Origin: Clostridia bacterium
GTDB lineage: Bacteria > Bacillota > Clostridia > Oscillospirales > CAG-272
DNA length: 64,000 bases
Assembly: GCA_017414385.1 (NCBI GenBank)
Contig: JAFQMO010000154.1
Span: 6,005-70,004, forward strand
Direction of reading: 5' to 3'
In this document: positions 53,596 to 64,000 of the stretch, piece by piece
Layout: each line of letters starts with the position of its first letter
Position numbering within the stretch: position 1 is the first letter of the stretch
Program-made: the position numbers and the translations under genes
Notes under the pieces: generated by a model
What the model was told of the DNA's origin: nothing
The model's database searches: none
The model's input: only the letters and a program-made list of their open reading frames with translations

Positions 53596-54549
53596 TTATG
53601 TATCCCACGTATGCTTGTTTTTGAGCACCTCATACATTTCAAGATAGCTTGTATGACGGGAGCGCGGGATCTTTTTTTCGTTCACCGCAAGCAGAACAGC
53701 ACATCCGTCCTCCTTGGTATGCGTGCATTTGGTAAAACGGCACTGCCCGAGATAGGGGACAAAATCGCGGAACGTATACGGCAGCTGCGGCGGCGGAAAG
53801 AAATCAAAGCGCGAGAGATCCAGCATGGAAAAGCCGGGCGTATCGGCAAGCCATCCGCGAAACGGTCCGAGCGCCGCAAGCGAAAACAGATCCACGGAGC
53901 GCGTGGTGTGCTTTCCCCGTGCGATCTTTTCGCTGATCTCGCCCGTTTCCAGCGAAAGTGCGGGGAAGAGACGGTTCATCAGCGTTGTCTTTCCAACACC
54001 CGATGCACCGCAGAAGGCCGCTGTGGTCGTCTCGTCGAAGGTCCCAAGAAATGCCCCGATCGCACCGTCCCCACAGCAGGTGTCCGCATCTGTAACAAAG
54101 ACACGGAAACCGCTTTTTTCATATTTGATCTTCATCTTTTCCGCACGGTCACCGTCCACGTCCGCCTTTGTCACGACGAGGATCGGCTCGATGCGCTGAT
54201 ATTCCAGAATGGACAGCAGCTTGTCCAAAAAACGCAGGGACGGATCCGGCTCTCTTGCCGCAGTCACGACAAACATCACATCAAGATTCGCCATCGCGGG
54301 ACGGATCAGCTCGTTTTTGCGCGGCAGGATCTCTGCGATCATCACACCGCCCCCACGTCTTCCGCCTGTCCCCTCTCCCTCATCGGGATCCAGCGACACA
54401 AGCACATCATCGCCGACAAGCGGCGTCATGCCCGTGTGACGGAAGGCCCCTCTTGCACGGCACTCAATGACAGCACCGTCCGCAAGCTGCACGGTGTAAA
54501 GACCACCGACACCGGCTGTGATCTTCCCCTTCTGCAAAGCTCCTGTCAT
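53596..54549 (-). CDS. rsgA: ribosome small-subunit-dependent GTPase A
   Basis: Full ORF. GASGVGKTTLMN P-loop, VVTKAD, C-terminal zinc motif CRFTKCTHTKEDGCAV. The ATG overlaps the prkC stop (ATGA). Confidence 0.93.
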   Translation of the reverse strand: MTGALQKGKITAGVGGLYTVQLADGAVIECRARGAFRHTGMTPLVGDDVLVSLDPDEGEGTGGRRGGGVMIAEILPRKNELIRPAMANLDVMFVVTAAREPDPSLRFLDKLLSILEYQRIEPILVVTKADVDGDRAEKMKIKYEKSGFRVFVTDADTCCGDGAIGAFLGTFDETTTAAFCGASGVGKTTLMNRLFPALSLETGEISEKIARGKHTTRSVDLFSLAALGPFRGWLADTPGFSMLDLSRFDFFPPPQLPYTFRDFVPYLGQCRFTKCTHTKEDGCAVLLAVNEKKIPRSRHTSYLEMYEVLKNKHTWDT

Positions 54550-56351
54550 GCACCCGCACCCGTGTCCTCTCCGCTGAGTGCCTCGGTATCGACGTCCTCC
54601 GCCGATTCCGTTCCTGCCCCCTCGGGAACGTAATCCGCACCGCCGGAGATGGTGAAGTCGATCTTCGTTGCGGACTTGGGTACCGATGCAAATTCGGGCT
54701 TGGACTGCGAGAGGATCGTACCGACGAGAAGGTCGGATGCGACATAGCTGATCTTGCCAAGCGCAAGATCGTGCTCAATGAGCAGCTTGACCGCCTGCTC
54801 CTTCGTCAGGCCGAGGAAGCTTGGAACGGTCACATATTCGATCTGCTGTCCCTTGGAAACATACAGCGTGACCGTATCGCCCGAAACGACGGTCTCTCCG
54901 GCGTTCGGCTCCATCCTGTATACATAGCCGTCAAGGGCAGTATCGTGGTAATCCTCTTCGATCCTTGTCTTCAGACCCATTCTCTCCAACAGCATCTTGA
55001 CCTGTCGGTATTCCTGATTGGTCAGATCCGCAAGCTTGAAGCTCTCCGCACCCTTGGATATCGTCAGCTTGATGCGGCATTTCTGCGCATTCTTCAGACT
55101 GACCTTTCTCGTCGTTCCAACCGTCGGATCCTGTGCGATGACGGTGTTCTCGGGATATTCGCCATCATAGACTCGCTCGATCTCGATCACATAATGCTCC
55201 GAATTCTCCATCTGCGCAAGCACCTGCTCGGAATAGATCTGACCGACAAAGTTCTCGATCTCGATGGTCTTGAAATCCTGCTCGCGGTCTGCGATGATCA
55301 GCTGTGAGAGCACATAAAACACTGCAATGCCCATCATGATCATGAACGACAGCGCAACACCGAGGATCACGGGGAACATCGAACGGCTTCCCCGCTTTTT
55401 GCGCCGTGTCTTTTGCTTTTCCGTCATGCCTGCGGGCGGACGGTAGCCGCGCTTGATCTCCTCCTCCTCGGGAGCGATCTCATGCAGACGCGGCTGGAAT
55501 ACGGTGTCGGGACGTGCACGCAGCTGCATGACACACCGCAGCATCTCCGAGGTGCTCTGATAGCGGTGGTCGGGATCCTTTTCCATCGCACAGAGGATCA
55601 GCTGCTCCAGACCCTTGGGCAGCGACGGATTGAGCTCTGTCGGCGGGATGGGATTGTCGTTGACCTGCATCAGTGCAACGGAAACGGACGTCTCCGCAAA
55701 AAACGGAAGCTGTCCCGTTACCATCTCGTAAAGCATGGCACCGAGCGAATACAGATCGGAGCGCGGATCGATGTTCCGTCCGCTTGCCTGCTCGGGGCTG
55801 ATATAATATACGGTACCGATCGCCTTGTCCGTCATCGTGACGGTCTCGGTGTTTGGCAGCTTTGCGATACCGAAGTCTGTCACCTTGATAACACCGTTTT
55901 TGAGCAGCATGATGTTCTGGGGCTTGATGTCACGGTGGATGATCCCCTTGGCGTGTGCATGCTCCAGACCCTTTAATATCTGCTCCATGTAGTAAAGCGC
56001 CTCTTTCCAGCCGATCACGCCCTTACGGTTCATATAATTTTTGAGGGTGATGCCGTGAATATATTCCATGACGATATACTTGATGTCGTCCTTTACGGAA
56101 ACATCGAAGATATTGACCACATTCGGGTGATTGAGCATGGAAACGGCACGGGACTCATTGATGAAGCGCTTGACAGACTGCGCATCGTCATTGATCTCTT
56201 CCTTGAGCATCTTCACAGCAACGGTACGGTTCATCAGCAGATCATGTGCCTCAAAAACCACTGCCATACCGCCGATACCGATGATATTTTTGATCTTATA
56301 GCGGCGGTCGAAGATCTGCCCTACATATTTTTCAAACAACTCCATTGCCAT
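54546..56351 (-). CDS. prkC: Ser/Thr protein kinase with PASTA repeats (PrkC/Stk1)
   Basis: Full ORF. Hanks kinase motifs (GGMAVVFEA, HRDIKPQN, DFGIA), a TM helix and C-terminal PASTA-like repeats. Confidence 0.95.
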   Translation of the reverse strand: MAMELFEKYVGQIFDRRYKIKNIIGIGGMAVVFEAHDLLMNRTVAVKMLKEEINDDAQSVKRFINESRAVSMLNHPNVVNIFDVSVKDDIKYIVMEYIHGITLKNYMNRKGVIGWKEALYYMEQILKGLEHAHAKGIIHRDIKPQNIMLLKNGVIKVTDFGIAKLPNTETVTMTDKAIGTVYYISPEQASGRNIDPRSDLYSLGAMLYEMVTGQLPFFAETSVSVALMQVNDNPIPPTELNPSLPKGLEQLILCAMEKDPDHRYQSTSEMLRCVMQLRARPDTVFQPRLHEIAPEEEEIKRGYRPPAGMTEKQKTRRKKRGSRSMFPVILGVALSFMIMMGIAVFYVLSQLIIADREQDFKTIEIENFVGQIYSEQVLAQMENSEHYVIEIERVYDGEYPENTVIAQDPTVGTTRKVSLKNAQKCRIKLTISKGAESFKLADLTNQEYRQVKMLLERMGLKTRIEEDYHDTALDGYVYRMEPNAGETVVSGDTVTLYVSKGQQIEYVTVPSFLGLTKEQAVKLLIEHDLALGKISYVASDLLVGTILSQSKPEFASVPKSATKIDFTISGGADYVPEGAGTESAEDVDTEALSGEDTGAGA

Positions 56352-57159
56352 GTGTGTTGTCCCCTTCTTCTGTTACGCTTTCGGCAAAACGGATCAGAAC
56401 GACCGTGATGTTATCGGGTCCGCCCGCCTCATTTGCCGCATCGATCATTCTTGCCGCTGTCGCCTCGCCGTCATAGACGGAAGCGCCGATGGCATCGGTC
56501 AGAAGAGTGCGGATCTGCTCCGTTTCCACATATGCGGAAAGACCGTCGGAGCAAAGCAGTGCGCAGGCATCGTCTGCAATATTGGACAGATCCACGGAGA
56601 AGATATCTGCCTCAATGCTGCGCTCCGTACCGATGGCACGGGTAATGACGTTGCGGTTTGGAAAATCCTTTGCCTCTTCCTTTGTCAGCTTGCCCGCATC
56701 CATCAGATACTGGACCAGCGAATGGTCGCGCGTGATCTGCATCATGCGTCCCTTATTGTAAAGATACAGACGGCTGTCACCGACATTGACCGCATACATG
56801 ACATGACCGATCACAAGTGCCGCAACGAGGGTGGTGCCCATCCCCTTGAGGCTCTTATTCTTCTCGGTATGCTGAAAGACGACCTTATTGGCATCGGATA
56901 CGGCGTGTGCGAGCATGGATGCAATGTCCCCCTCCGTCACCTTGCCGTTTTTTGCGGCAGGGGTACGAACAAAGGCATCTACCGCCTCGACAAAGCGCTC
57001 GCAGGCAAAGGCACTGGCAATATTGCCGCCCATCGCGCCACCCATACCGTCACAGACAACGCCGAGTGCGCATCCGGCATCGTCCCAGCGGCGGATCATA
57101 AAGTTATCCTGATTGTCCTTTCTGCGTTTGCCGACGTCTGTTTTTCCGTGTAGAATCAT
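56332..57159 (-). CDS. stp: PP2C-family Ser/Thr phosphatase (Stp/PrpC)
   Basis: Full ORF. GKTDVGKRRKDNQDNF, VCDGMGG, CSDGLS, DNITVV. Confidence 0.93.
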   Translation of the reverse strand: MILHGKTDVGKRRKDNQDNFMIRRWDDAGCALGVVCDGMGGAMGGNIASAFACERFVEAVDAFVRTPAAKNGKVTEGDIASMLAHAVSDANKVVFQHTEKNKSLKGMGTTLVAALVIGHVMYAVNVGDSRLYLYNKGRMMQITRDHSLVQYLMDAGKLTKEEAKDFPNRNVITRAIGTERSIEADIFSVDLSNIADDACALLCSDGLSAYVETEQIRTLLTDAIGASVYDGEATAARMIDAANEAGGPDNITVVLIRFAESVTEEGDNTHGNGVV

Positions 57160-57166
57160 CGTCTTA

Positions 57167-58270
57167 TCACTCCGTTTCTTTGATGTTGGTTTCGTCTGTA
57201 TCCTTTTCTGACTGATGCTTTTGGTTGCGCAGCTGTCCGCACGAGGCGTTGATATCGGGACCGAGGGTACGGCGGACAGTCGCTGTCATGCCGTTTTTCT
57301 CCAGATACGCAGCAAAGCGCCGTATCCTGCCCTCATCCGATGCCTGAAAGCTGCGTTCCCTGATGGGATTGACGGGGATCAGATTGATGTGAATGGGCAT
57401 TGCCCGACCGATGTATTTGCGCATCACGGCGACAAGCGCCGCTGCCTCCTCTGCGGTATCGTTCTGTCCCGAGATCAGCGTATATTCAAAGGAGATCCTT
57501 CTCCCTGTTTTTTCAAAATACCGTACCGTTGCGCAAAGCAGCTGCTCCACGTTCCACTTGCGGTTGACGGGCATGATGCGCGAGCGGAGCTCGTCCGTCG
57601 GTGCGTGCAGGGAAACGGAGAGGGTGATGCCCAGCCCCTCCTCTGCCAGACGGTCAATGCCGTCCACAAGTCCGCAGGTGGAGAGGGAGATATGGCGGTG
57701 GCCGATGCCAAGTCCTCTCTCGTGGTTGACAAGCCGCAGAAAGCGGAGCACATTGTCGTAATTGTCAAGCGGCTCTCCGATGCCCATGAGGACAATGCCC
57801 GAAATCCGCTCCCCCATATCCCGCTGTGCCGCAATGACCTGTCCGAGCATTTCCGAGGGCAGAAGGTCACGGACCTTGCCGCCGACCGTGGATGCGCAGA
57901 AGGCACATCCCATCCGACAGCCTGCCTGCGTGGAGATGCAGATGGTATTGCCGTGGTGATAGCGCATGAAAACGCTCTCGACGTTCTCGCCGTCATAAAG
58001 CTCCCATAAGTATTTGACTGTGCCATCCTTTGCGGAAACGTATTTTTCGAGGATCCGCGGCACATAAAGCACCGCATTGGCAGCAAGCTTCTCGCGCAGG
58101 CCTCCGGAAAGATTGGTCATCTCCGAAAACGAAGCGCCGCGGTGCATCCATTCAAAGATCTGCTGTGCGCGGAAGCGCGGCTCGCCGAGCGCCTTGACAA
58201 ACGCCTCCAGCTCTGCCATATCCATGGAAAGCAGATCTGCCTTGGGGGTGGTTGTTGCTTGTATGGTCAT
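57167..58270 (-). CDS. rlmN: 23S rRNA/tRNA (adenine-C2)-methyltransferase RlmN (radical SAM)
   Basis: Full ORF. FRAQQIFEWMH, radical SAM CRMGCAFC, GMGEPLDNY. Confidence 0.95.
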   Translation of the reverse strand: MTIQATTTPKADLLSMDMAELEAFVKALGEPRFRAQQIFEWMHRGASFSEMTNLSGGLREKLAANAVLYVPRILEKYVSAKDGTVKYLWELYDGENVESVFMRYHHGNTICISTQAGCRMGCAFCASTVGGKVRDLLPSEMLGQVIAAQRDMGERISGIVLMGIGEPLDNYDNVLRFLRLVNHERGLGIGHRHISLSTCGLVDGIDRLAEEGLGITLSVSLHAPTDELRSRIMPVNRKWNVEQLLCATVRYFEKTGRRISFEYTLISGQNDTAEEAAALVAVMRKYIGRAMPIHINLIPVNPIRERSFQASDEGRIRRFAAYLEKNGMTATVRRTLGPDINASCGQLRNQKHQSEKDTDETNIKETE

Positions 58271-58276
58271 CCTTTT

Positions 58277-59617
58277 TCACATATCCTTCTTTTGGAATAA
58301 AGCGATGAAAAAGCCGTCACAGTCCCGATATTCGTCGGGGAAGATGCAGAGCATACCGCCCTGATATGTGCGGCGCGCATCCCCCTCGCCCACCGAAAAG
58401 GGCGTTGGTACAAATTCGGGATGCTCTTTGAGAAACCGCTGTACGTTCTGCTCGTTTTCCGCGGGATTGAGCGTACAGGTGGAGTACATCAGACGTCCGC
58501 CCTCCCGGACATAACGGCTGCAGTTTTCGAGGATCGCATACTGCAGCTGCGGCAGACGCGAAAGCTCCTCCTCCGCCTTATGACGGATATCGGGCTTCTT
58601 GGCAAGAACGCCAAGCCCCGAGCACGGCACGTCACACAAAACACGGTCCGCTTTTCCCTCCCATTCGGGAACGGGGACGGAGCCGTTCTGCTCCAGGGTC
58701 TCAATGCAGGAGAGCCCCAGCGCTCCGGCACCGTCATCCACCAGCTTCAGCTTGTTTTTATGAAGATCGCAGGAATAAAGCTTACCCGTATCGCGCATTG
58801 ACATGGCGATACCGAAGCTCTTTCCGCCGGGACAGGCACACGCATCGATGATATGCTCCCCGGGCACAGCGCCGAGCACGTCCACCGCGATCTGAGATGC
58901 CTCATCCTGCACATAGCAGAGTCCCTCTGCAAGTCCCGGGATCCAATCGATGGGACAGTGACAGGAAAGACGGACGCCGTGGGGCGCAAAGCGCGTGGGT
59001 GCGGCACCGACGGTCTGCTGTCTGCAAAGCGCAAGATACGCCTCCCGATCGGTTTTTTGCGTATTGACACGCAGCGTGATGTGCGGGTTTTCCTCCATCG
59101 CCGCAAAAAGGCGCTTGGTGCGCGCATAGCCGTAGCCCTCGCACCACATCCGCGCAAGCCATGCGGGATAGGAATAGGTCACGCTCAGGTAGGCGATCGG
59201 ATCTGTTTCTTCATTTGGAAAGGGGATCCTCCCCTCCTCTCTGCGATACGCCCGAAGGACCGCATTGACGAACGCGACCGCGCTGTTTGCGGCAAAGCGC
59301 CGACACAGCTCGCCCGCATCCTTCAAAATGGCATAATCGGGAACACGGTCCATATACCGCATCTGATAGATGCTCATGCGAAGGATCATCCGCACATTGG
59401 CATCGATCTCCGAGGGCGCACGGGAGGAAAGCGCATCGATGATATGGTCAAGGGTGATCTTACGCTCGATGGTGCCGTAAAAGACGGCGGTATACAGTGC
59501 ACGGTCCGCACCCTCCAGACCGTTTCTGCGAATGGCGTTATCCGCCTCGATATTTGCAAATTTCTTATTGTTCTCGTATCGCTGCAGCGACACAAGGGCT
59601 GCTTCTCTTGCTGTCAT
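58277..59617 (-). CDS. rsmB: 16S rRNA (cytosine967-C5)-methyltransferase RsmB
   Basis: Full ORF. NusB-like N-terminal domain. DACACPGGKS SAM motif. Catalytic Cys motifs DVPCSGLG and STCTLNPAENE. Confidence 0.93.
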   Translation of the reverse strand: MTAREAALVSLQRYENNKKFANIEADNAIRRNGLEGADRALYTAVFYGTIERKITLDHIIDALSSRAPSEIDANVRMILRMSIYQMRYMDRVPDYAILKDAGELCRRFAANSAVAFVNAVLRAYRREEGRIPFPNEETDPIAYLSVTYSYPAWLARMWCEGYGYARTKRLFAAMEENPHITLRVNTQKTDREAYLALCRQQTVGAAPTRFAPHGVRLSCHCPIDWIPGLAEGLCYVQDEASQIAVDVLGAVPGEHIIDACACPGGKSFGIAMSMRDTGKLYSCDLHKNKLKLVDDGAGALGLSCIETLEQNGSVPVPEWEGKADRVLCDVPCSGLGVLAKKPDIRHKAEEELSRLPQLQYAILENCSRYVREGGRLMYSTCTLNPAENEQNVQRFLKEHPEFVPTPFSVGEGDARRTYQGGMLCIFPDEYRDCDGFFIALFQKKDM

Positions 59618-59626
59618 TGCCGATCC

Positions 59627-60346
59627 TTATCTCCGTCTGCTTCTGCTATTTGAGGAGGAGATGATCATCCAGAGACGAAGCAGCTGCACAAGCGCCGAGA
59701 GCAGCGCCGCAACGTACGTCATTGCCGCCGCCGAGAGCACCTTTTTTGCGCCCGAAAGCTCCTCGCGGTCCAGTGCTCCGCCCTCCTCAAGTGCCAGGAG
59801 CGCACGGCTGCTGGCATTGAATTCCACAGGCAGCGTGACAAGCTGGAAGAACGCGACGACCGCATACAGCCAGAATCCGACGTATGCACGGGTACCGAAG
59901 GAAAAGAGCAGTCCCGCCATGAGGATCCATACCGCCCACTTGGAGGCAAACTGCGTGACCGAAACGATGGACATCCGCAGCTTGATCGGTCCGTAGCCGA
60001 CCGCATACTGCACGGCATGTCCCGCCTCATGTGCGGCAACACCGACGGCAGCGATGCTTGCCGTTCCGTACACGCTTTCCGACAAACGGACAACGTTCGC
60101 CTTGGGGTCATAATGATCGGTCAGATTTCCCTTCACGCGCTCGATCTGCACGCCTGTGAGACCGTTTCGGTCCAGAATGAGCCTTGCGGCATCATATCCC
60201 GTCATATGGCGGGCATTTGCCACCTGATTGTATTTTTGGAAGGTCCCCTGCACCTTCATCTGTGCGTAAAGAGAAAAGATCAGAATGGGGATCAGAATCA
60301 CAATGTAGTTCAACTCAAAGCCGCTGGTATAAGTGTAATAAGGCAT
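59627..60346 (-). CDS. membrane zinc metallopeptidase (YugP/Zn_peptidase_2-like)
   Basis: Full ORF. HEAGHAVQ zinc motif, TM helices, TDHYDPKANVVRLSESVY. Confidence 0.85.
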   Translation of the reverse strand: MPYYTYTSGFELNYIVILIPILIFSLYAQMKVQGTFQKYNQVANARHMTGYDAARLILDRNGLTGVQIERVKGNLTDHYDPKANVVRLSESVYGTASIAAVGVAAHEAGHAVQYAVGYGPIKLRMSIVSVTQFASKWAVWILMAGLLFSFGTRAYVGFWLYAVVAFFQLVTLPVEFNASSRALLALEEGGALDREELSGAKKVLSAAAMTYVAALLSALVQLLRLWMIISSSNSRSRRR

Positions 60347-60421
60347 ACCGTTCTTCCTTTCATGCAGCCTGTGCGTTCAAAGATCTGTATTTTTCGTTGA
60401 TATCACGGGATGGCACGGAGA

Positions 60422-61396
60422 TCATTTCTGCAAAGCGGTGAATCTGTCGCCGGGGGCGATCTTCCGTCCGCGGATAAAGTCGCCTGCGTTCATTCTGCCT
60501 TTGCCCTCCGGAATGAGCGCCGTCACGCCGAGAACACCCTCTCCGCACGCGATGCAGAACATTCCCTTTTTGGCATCTGCGGAAAGCACCTCGCCGGCCG
60601 TTCCGTGAACACCGCTCCTTTCCACAACGACGGTGGATACGAGCTTACAGCTCTTTGCTTCCTTCTCCGTCTGCAGAACAGCGGCTCCGAGCGGTGCGGG
60701 AGAAAGCGCACGGATCTTATTGTGCAGCTGCTGTGCGGACTGCGCAAAATCCAGCGCACACTCCGCCTTCTCGATCTTCGGTGCATAGGTCGCGGCCGCA
60801 TCATCCTGCGCCTGCGCCCGAACAGCTCCGGCCTCAAGCATCGGGATCACGGAAACGAGCAATCTGCCGCCGGACTTGCCCATACGGTCATAAAGAGAAC
60901 CGAAGTCCTCGTTTTCACCGATGGTGACCTCATCCCGCGCGATCACATCGCCCGTATCGATGCCGTCCGCCATATATTGGATCGTATTGCCTGTGACCGT
61001 CAGTCCGTCCATGATCGCACGCTGGATCGGTGCTGCACCGCGGTATGCGGGCAGATGCGAGCCGTGCACATTGATGCATCCGAGTCTCGGATAGTCAAGC
61101 ACGCTTCTGGGCAAGATCTTTCCGTAAGCCGCAACAACGATCAGCTCGGGATCGAGCGCGGCAAGAAGTGCTGCAAAGGCCTCATCGCGCAGCGTCGTCG
61201 GCTGATAGACAGGCAGTCCGCACGCCTCGGCATATACCTTTGTGGGTGTGGGGATCAGCTGATAGCCGCGTCCCTTGGGCTTATCGGGTTGGGAAATGAC
61301 ACCGACGATCTCCCAGCCGCACGCCTCTCTGTTCTCCCAAAGCGCCGTCAGCTGATCGCGTGCGAATTCCGGTGTTCCCATAAACAGTATTCTCAT
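60422..61396 (-). CDS. fmt: methionyl-tRNA formyltransferase
   Basis: Full ORF. MRILFMGTPEFA, NVHGSHLPAYRGAAPIQRAI. Confidence 0.96.
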   Translation of the reverse strand: MRILFMGTPEFARDQLTALWENREACGWEIVGVISQPDKPKGRGYQLIPTPTKVYAEACGLPVYQPTTLRDEAFAALLAALDPELIVVAAYGKILPRSVLDYPRLGCINVHGSHLPAYRGAAPIQRAIMDGLTVTGNTIQYMADGIDTGDVIARDEVTIGENEDFGSLYDRMGKSGGRLLVSVIPMLEAGAVRAQAQDDAAATYAPKIEKAECALDFAQSAQQLHNKIRALSPAPLGAAVLQTEKEAKSCKLVSTVVVERSGVHGTAGEVLSADAKKGMFCIACGEGVLGVTALIPEGKGRMNAGDFIRGRKIAPGDRFTALQK

Positions 61397-61441
61397 CTTT
61401 TCTCGTTTCTTTCTTTTTTCTCTGCTTTTTTTGATCGGTAT

Positions 61442-61897
61442 TTATGCTTCCTCATCCATTTCGGCATGATCGATATACAAAATACCGTCCAGATGGTCGA
61501 TCTCATGGCAGAAGGCACGCGCAAGCAAGCCCTCTCCGACATATGTCTGCTCCGTGCCGTTTCTGTCAAGTGCACGAACGGTCACGCGCATCGGACGGTG
61601 GGTATATCCCTGACGTCCCGGGACGGAGAGGCATCCCTCTATCTCATGCTGCTCGCCCTCACGTGCAATGATCTCGGGATTGATGAGCTCAAGCACGCTG
61701 CCCTGCTCCACCTCGATGACGACCACACGGCGAAGCACGCCGACCTGCGGTGCCGCAAGTCCGACACCTTCTGCTGCGCGCATCGTTTCCGTCATATCGT
61801 CAAGAAGCGTATGGATACGGGCATTGATCTCCCCGACTGCTCTGCTTTTCAGACGAAGGCCGACATCGCCTTCCTTCAGGATTCTGAGTTTTGCCAT
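61442..61897 (-). CDS. def: peptide deformylase
   Basis: Track ORF 61442..61912(-). ATG 61897 ([11 protein letters not shown]) follows [25 protein letters not shown] and HEIDHLDG motifs. Confidence 0.95.
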   Translation of the reverse strand: MAKLRILKEGDVGLRLKSRAVGEINARIHTLLDDMTETMRAAEGVGLAAPQVGVLRRVVVIEVEQGSVLELINPEIIAREGEQHEIEGCLSVPGRQGYTHRPMRVTVRALDRNGTEQTYVGEGLLARAFCHEIDHLDGILYIDHAEMDEEA

Positions 61898-62005
61898 GTT
61901 TGATTCCCCCACGGACCGTCAAAAGCGGTCCCCTCCTCTTATGATTATGATAGGATATGCGGTCAAGGGATGTCTCATGCATTCCTGCCCTGCCGCATGC
62001 ATCTT

Positions 62006-64000
62006 TCAAAGTGTATTCGGATTGACGTCGATGCCGATGCTCACCCGTCCCGCGCTCCGCTCCGAGAACTCTGCCATGACCGCGGCAAAAAGCATCCGCG
62101 TCCGACGGTTCATACGGCATTTGATCACGATCCGCATCCGGTATTTTTCATTCAGACGGTAGATCTGTGCCTCAAAGGGACCGAACATCGCAAGCCTTAC
62201 GTCATCATACGCGCCGTCCTCCGCCGTCAGCGAAAGGATCCTTCGGTACATCTCCTCCGCCATATGGGAAGCCTCGATCTCCTCCTCCGACACAAACGTC
62301 AGAAGCACCATCTCGCAGAAGGGCGGAAAGACCATTGCCTGCCGCATCCGTACAGCGCTTTGATAAAAGGCATCGTAGTCCTGCTTTGCCGCATAACGAA
62401 GGATCTCGTTGTTCACATCGTAGGTCTGTATGATCGCCCGACCCGGCTTCTGTGCGCGTCCCGCTCGTCCGATGACCTGCGTCAGAAGCGAGAACGCCCG
62501 CTCCGATGCGCGGTAATCGTCCTGATGGATCAGCGCATCTGCTCCGAGGACACCGACCAGCGTGACGTTCGGGAAATCGTGTCCCTTGGTCACCATCTGT
62601 GTACCGAGCAGGATATCCGCCTCATGCGCGCGGAAGCCTGACAGGATCCGCTCATGCGCAAGCTTGCCCTGCGTGGTATCCATATCCATGCGCAGCGTTT
62701 TCAGCTGCGGGAACCGGCTCTCAAGCTCACGCTCCGCACGCTGTGTTCCGTAGCCGAAGGCGTGCAGATGTCCTCCGCCGCAGGACGGACAGACCATCGG
62801 CGGCTTTTGTCTTGTTCCGCAATAGTGACAGACCAGAACACCCGCGATCGTACCGTCCTCCGTTTGTCCCGCCTCGCCCCGCCTGCCCGCGCGGTGCAGC
62901 GTCATCGGCACCGAGCAGTGCGGACACATGACAGGCTCCTTACAGCTAAGGCACGACAGGTACTTATGGTAGCCGCGGCGATTGATGAACAAAATCGCCT
63001 GCTCGCCCCGCGCAGTGACCTGCGCGATGGCTTCCCCGAGGGTCGTTCCGAGCGGTACCTCGCCATCCTTATCAACGCCCGCCCCCTGCATATCCGCGAA
63101 AACGACCTCGGGAAGCGCGGCGCCGCCGTACCGATTCTGAAGCCGTACCAGCGAATACAGACCGCGCTGTGCCTTATAATAGCTTTCCAAGGACGGCGTC
63201 GCCGAGGCGAGCAGCAGCAGTGCCTCATTGGCCGCACAGCGGAACCGCGCCGCGTCCCTTGCGTGATACTTTGGTGAAAGATCGGACTTATAGGTGTGCT
63301 CCTGCTCCTCGTCCATGACGATCATGCCAAGACGGTCAAAGGGCACAAAGACCGCACTGCGCGTGCCGATGACCACATCGAGCTCCCCGCGCCGCGCGCG
63401 CCGCCAGACATCGAGCCGCTCCCCCGCACTGAGTCCCGAATGGACCACTGCGGCGCGGTCGCCGTAGACGGCATAAAAGATCGCAACAGACTGCGGTGTC
63501 AGCGAGATCTCGGGCACCATCATGATGACCTGCCTGCCGTCCGCGATGACGCGGTCCATCATGGCACGGATCACCCGTGTTTTCCCCGAGCCCGTAACGC
63601 CGAACAACAGCGCCGCCTGTGCTTTTTTCGTTTCGTAAAGTGCTGTGAGCTGTGCAACGGCGGCCGACTGCTCCTCGCTCAGCGGATCCTCTCCGACAGC
63701 CGTATGGACCCTTTCGCGATACGGATCACGGAAGGCATCCTCACAGCGATAGGATACAAGACCGAGCCTTGCCAGCTCCTTCGCCTCTGCACGCGTACAT
63801 CCCGTTTCCTCAAAAAGAACGGAAAGCTCCGCCTCCCCCTCGTGAGAAAGCAGCCGCTCGAGCAGCGCCCGATAGCTGTCGCGGCGGAATCGGTAGCCGT
63901 ACCGTGCCTTCGCCGCACGGTCACCGCCGACGATCGCCTCCGCATCCGCGCGAGGTGCCGCAAGTCCGACCCATTCGCGGACGGCACAGTTCTCGCCCTC
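62006..64000 (-). CDS. priA: primosomal replication protein N' (PriA helicase), 5' end beyond the right window edge
   Basis: Track ORF 62006..63607(-) starts at an internal TTG. I translated the same frame by hand from 64000 (EGENCAVREWVGLAAPRAD...LSEEQSAAVAQLTALYETKKAQAALLFGVTGSGKT) and found no stop. Walker A GSGKT, DEEQE, Cys4 zinc motifs. Confidence 0.93.
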   Translation of the reverse strand, partial: EGENCAVREWVGLAAPRADAEAIVGGDRAAKARYGYRFRRDSYRALLERLLSHEGEAELSVLFEETGCTRAEAKELARLGLVSYRCEDAFRDPYRERVHTAVGEDPLSEEQSAAVAQLTALYETKKAQAALLFGVTGSGKTRVIRAMMDRVIADGRQVIMMVPEISLTPQSVAIFYAVYGDRAAVVHSGLSAGERLDVWRRARRGELDVVIGTRSAVFVPFDRLGMIVMDEEQEHTYKSDLSPKYHARDAARFRCAANEALLLLASATPSLESYYKAQRGLYSLVRLQNRYGGAALPEVVFADMQGAGVDKDGEVPLGTTLGEAIAQVTARGEQAILFINRRGYHKYLSCLSCKEPVMCPHCSVPMTLHRAGRRGEAGQTEDGTIAGVLVCHYCGTRQKPPMVCPSCGGGHLHAFGYGTQRAERELESRFPQLKTLRMDMDTTQGKLAHERILSGFRAHEADILLGTQMVTKGHDFPNVTLVGVLGADALIHQDDYRASERAFSLLTQVIGRAGRAQKPGRAIIQTYDVNNEILRYAAKQDYDAFYQSAVRMRQAMVFPPFCEMVLLTFVSEEEIEASHMAEEMYRRILSLTAEDGAYDDVRLAMFGPFEAQIYRLNEKYRMRIVIKCRMNRRTRMLFAAVMAEFSERSAGRVSIGIDVNPNTL

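Overview
This is a high-GC, densely coding chromosomal segment that looks Firmicutes/Clostridia-like and comes from a probable spore-former (spmA/spmB, SleB-like hydrolase). Most of it is core housekeeping. Core blocks are a tandem glycine riboswitch with an alanine/glycine symporter, upp, the rimP-nusA-ylxR-ylxQ-infB operon (minus strand), rpmG-secE-nusG-rplK-rplA, rbfA-nrnA-truB, and priA-def-fmt-rsmB-rlmN-stp-prkC-rsgA (minus strand). Several less ordinary blocks are interspersed. (1) A four-gene MBOAT / DHHW / FkbH-like HAD-IIIC / acyl-carrier-protein cassette (39.8-45.1 kb) resembles a Dlt-type surface-modification pathway but has a different carrier-loading enzyme. (2) An orphan phage-derived block (35.9-39.6 kb) holds a collagen-like tail-fibre protein, a holin and a GH25 endolysin, sits behind a consensus promoter and an approximately 230-nt C-motif-rich leader, and has no other phage genes. 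(3) A GldA/F/G-like ABC system is followed by a DUF4340-type gene. (4) A LytTR regulator is paired with a membrane partner, near a triple DnaA-box-like inverted repeat. (5) A sporulation-flavoured cluster contains an M14 peptidase homologue whose zinc ligands appear to be substituted. The nusA-infB and rbfA-truB halves of a normally contiguous operon are divergent and about 22 kb apart, which suggests an inversion. No rRNA, tRNA, CRISPR array, transposase or integrase was recognised. The many long ORFs antisense to real genes are high-GC shadow ORFs. All calls are by-eye motif recognition; no searches were run.
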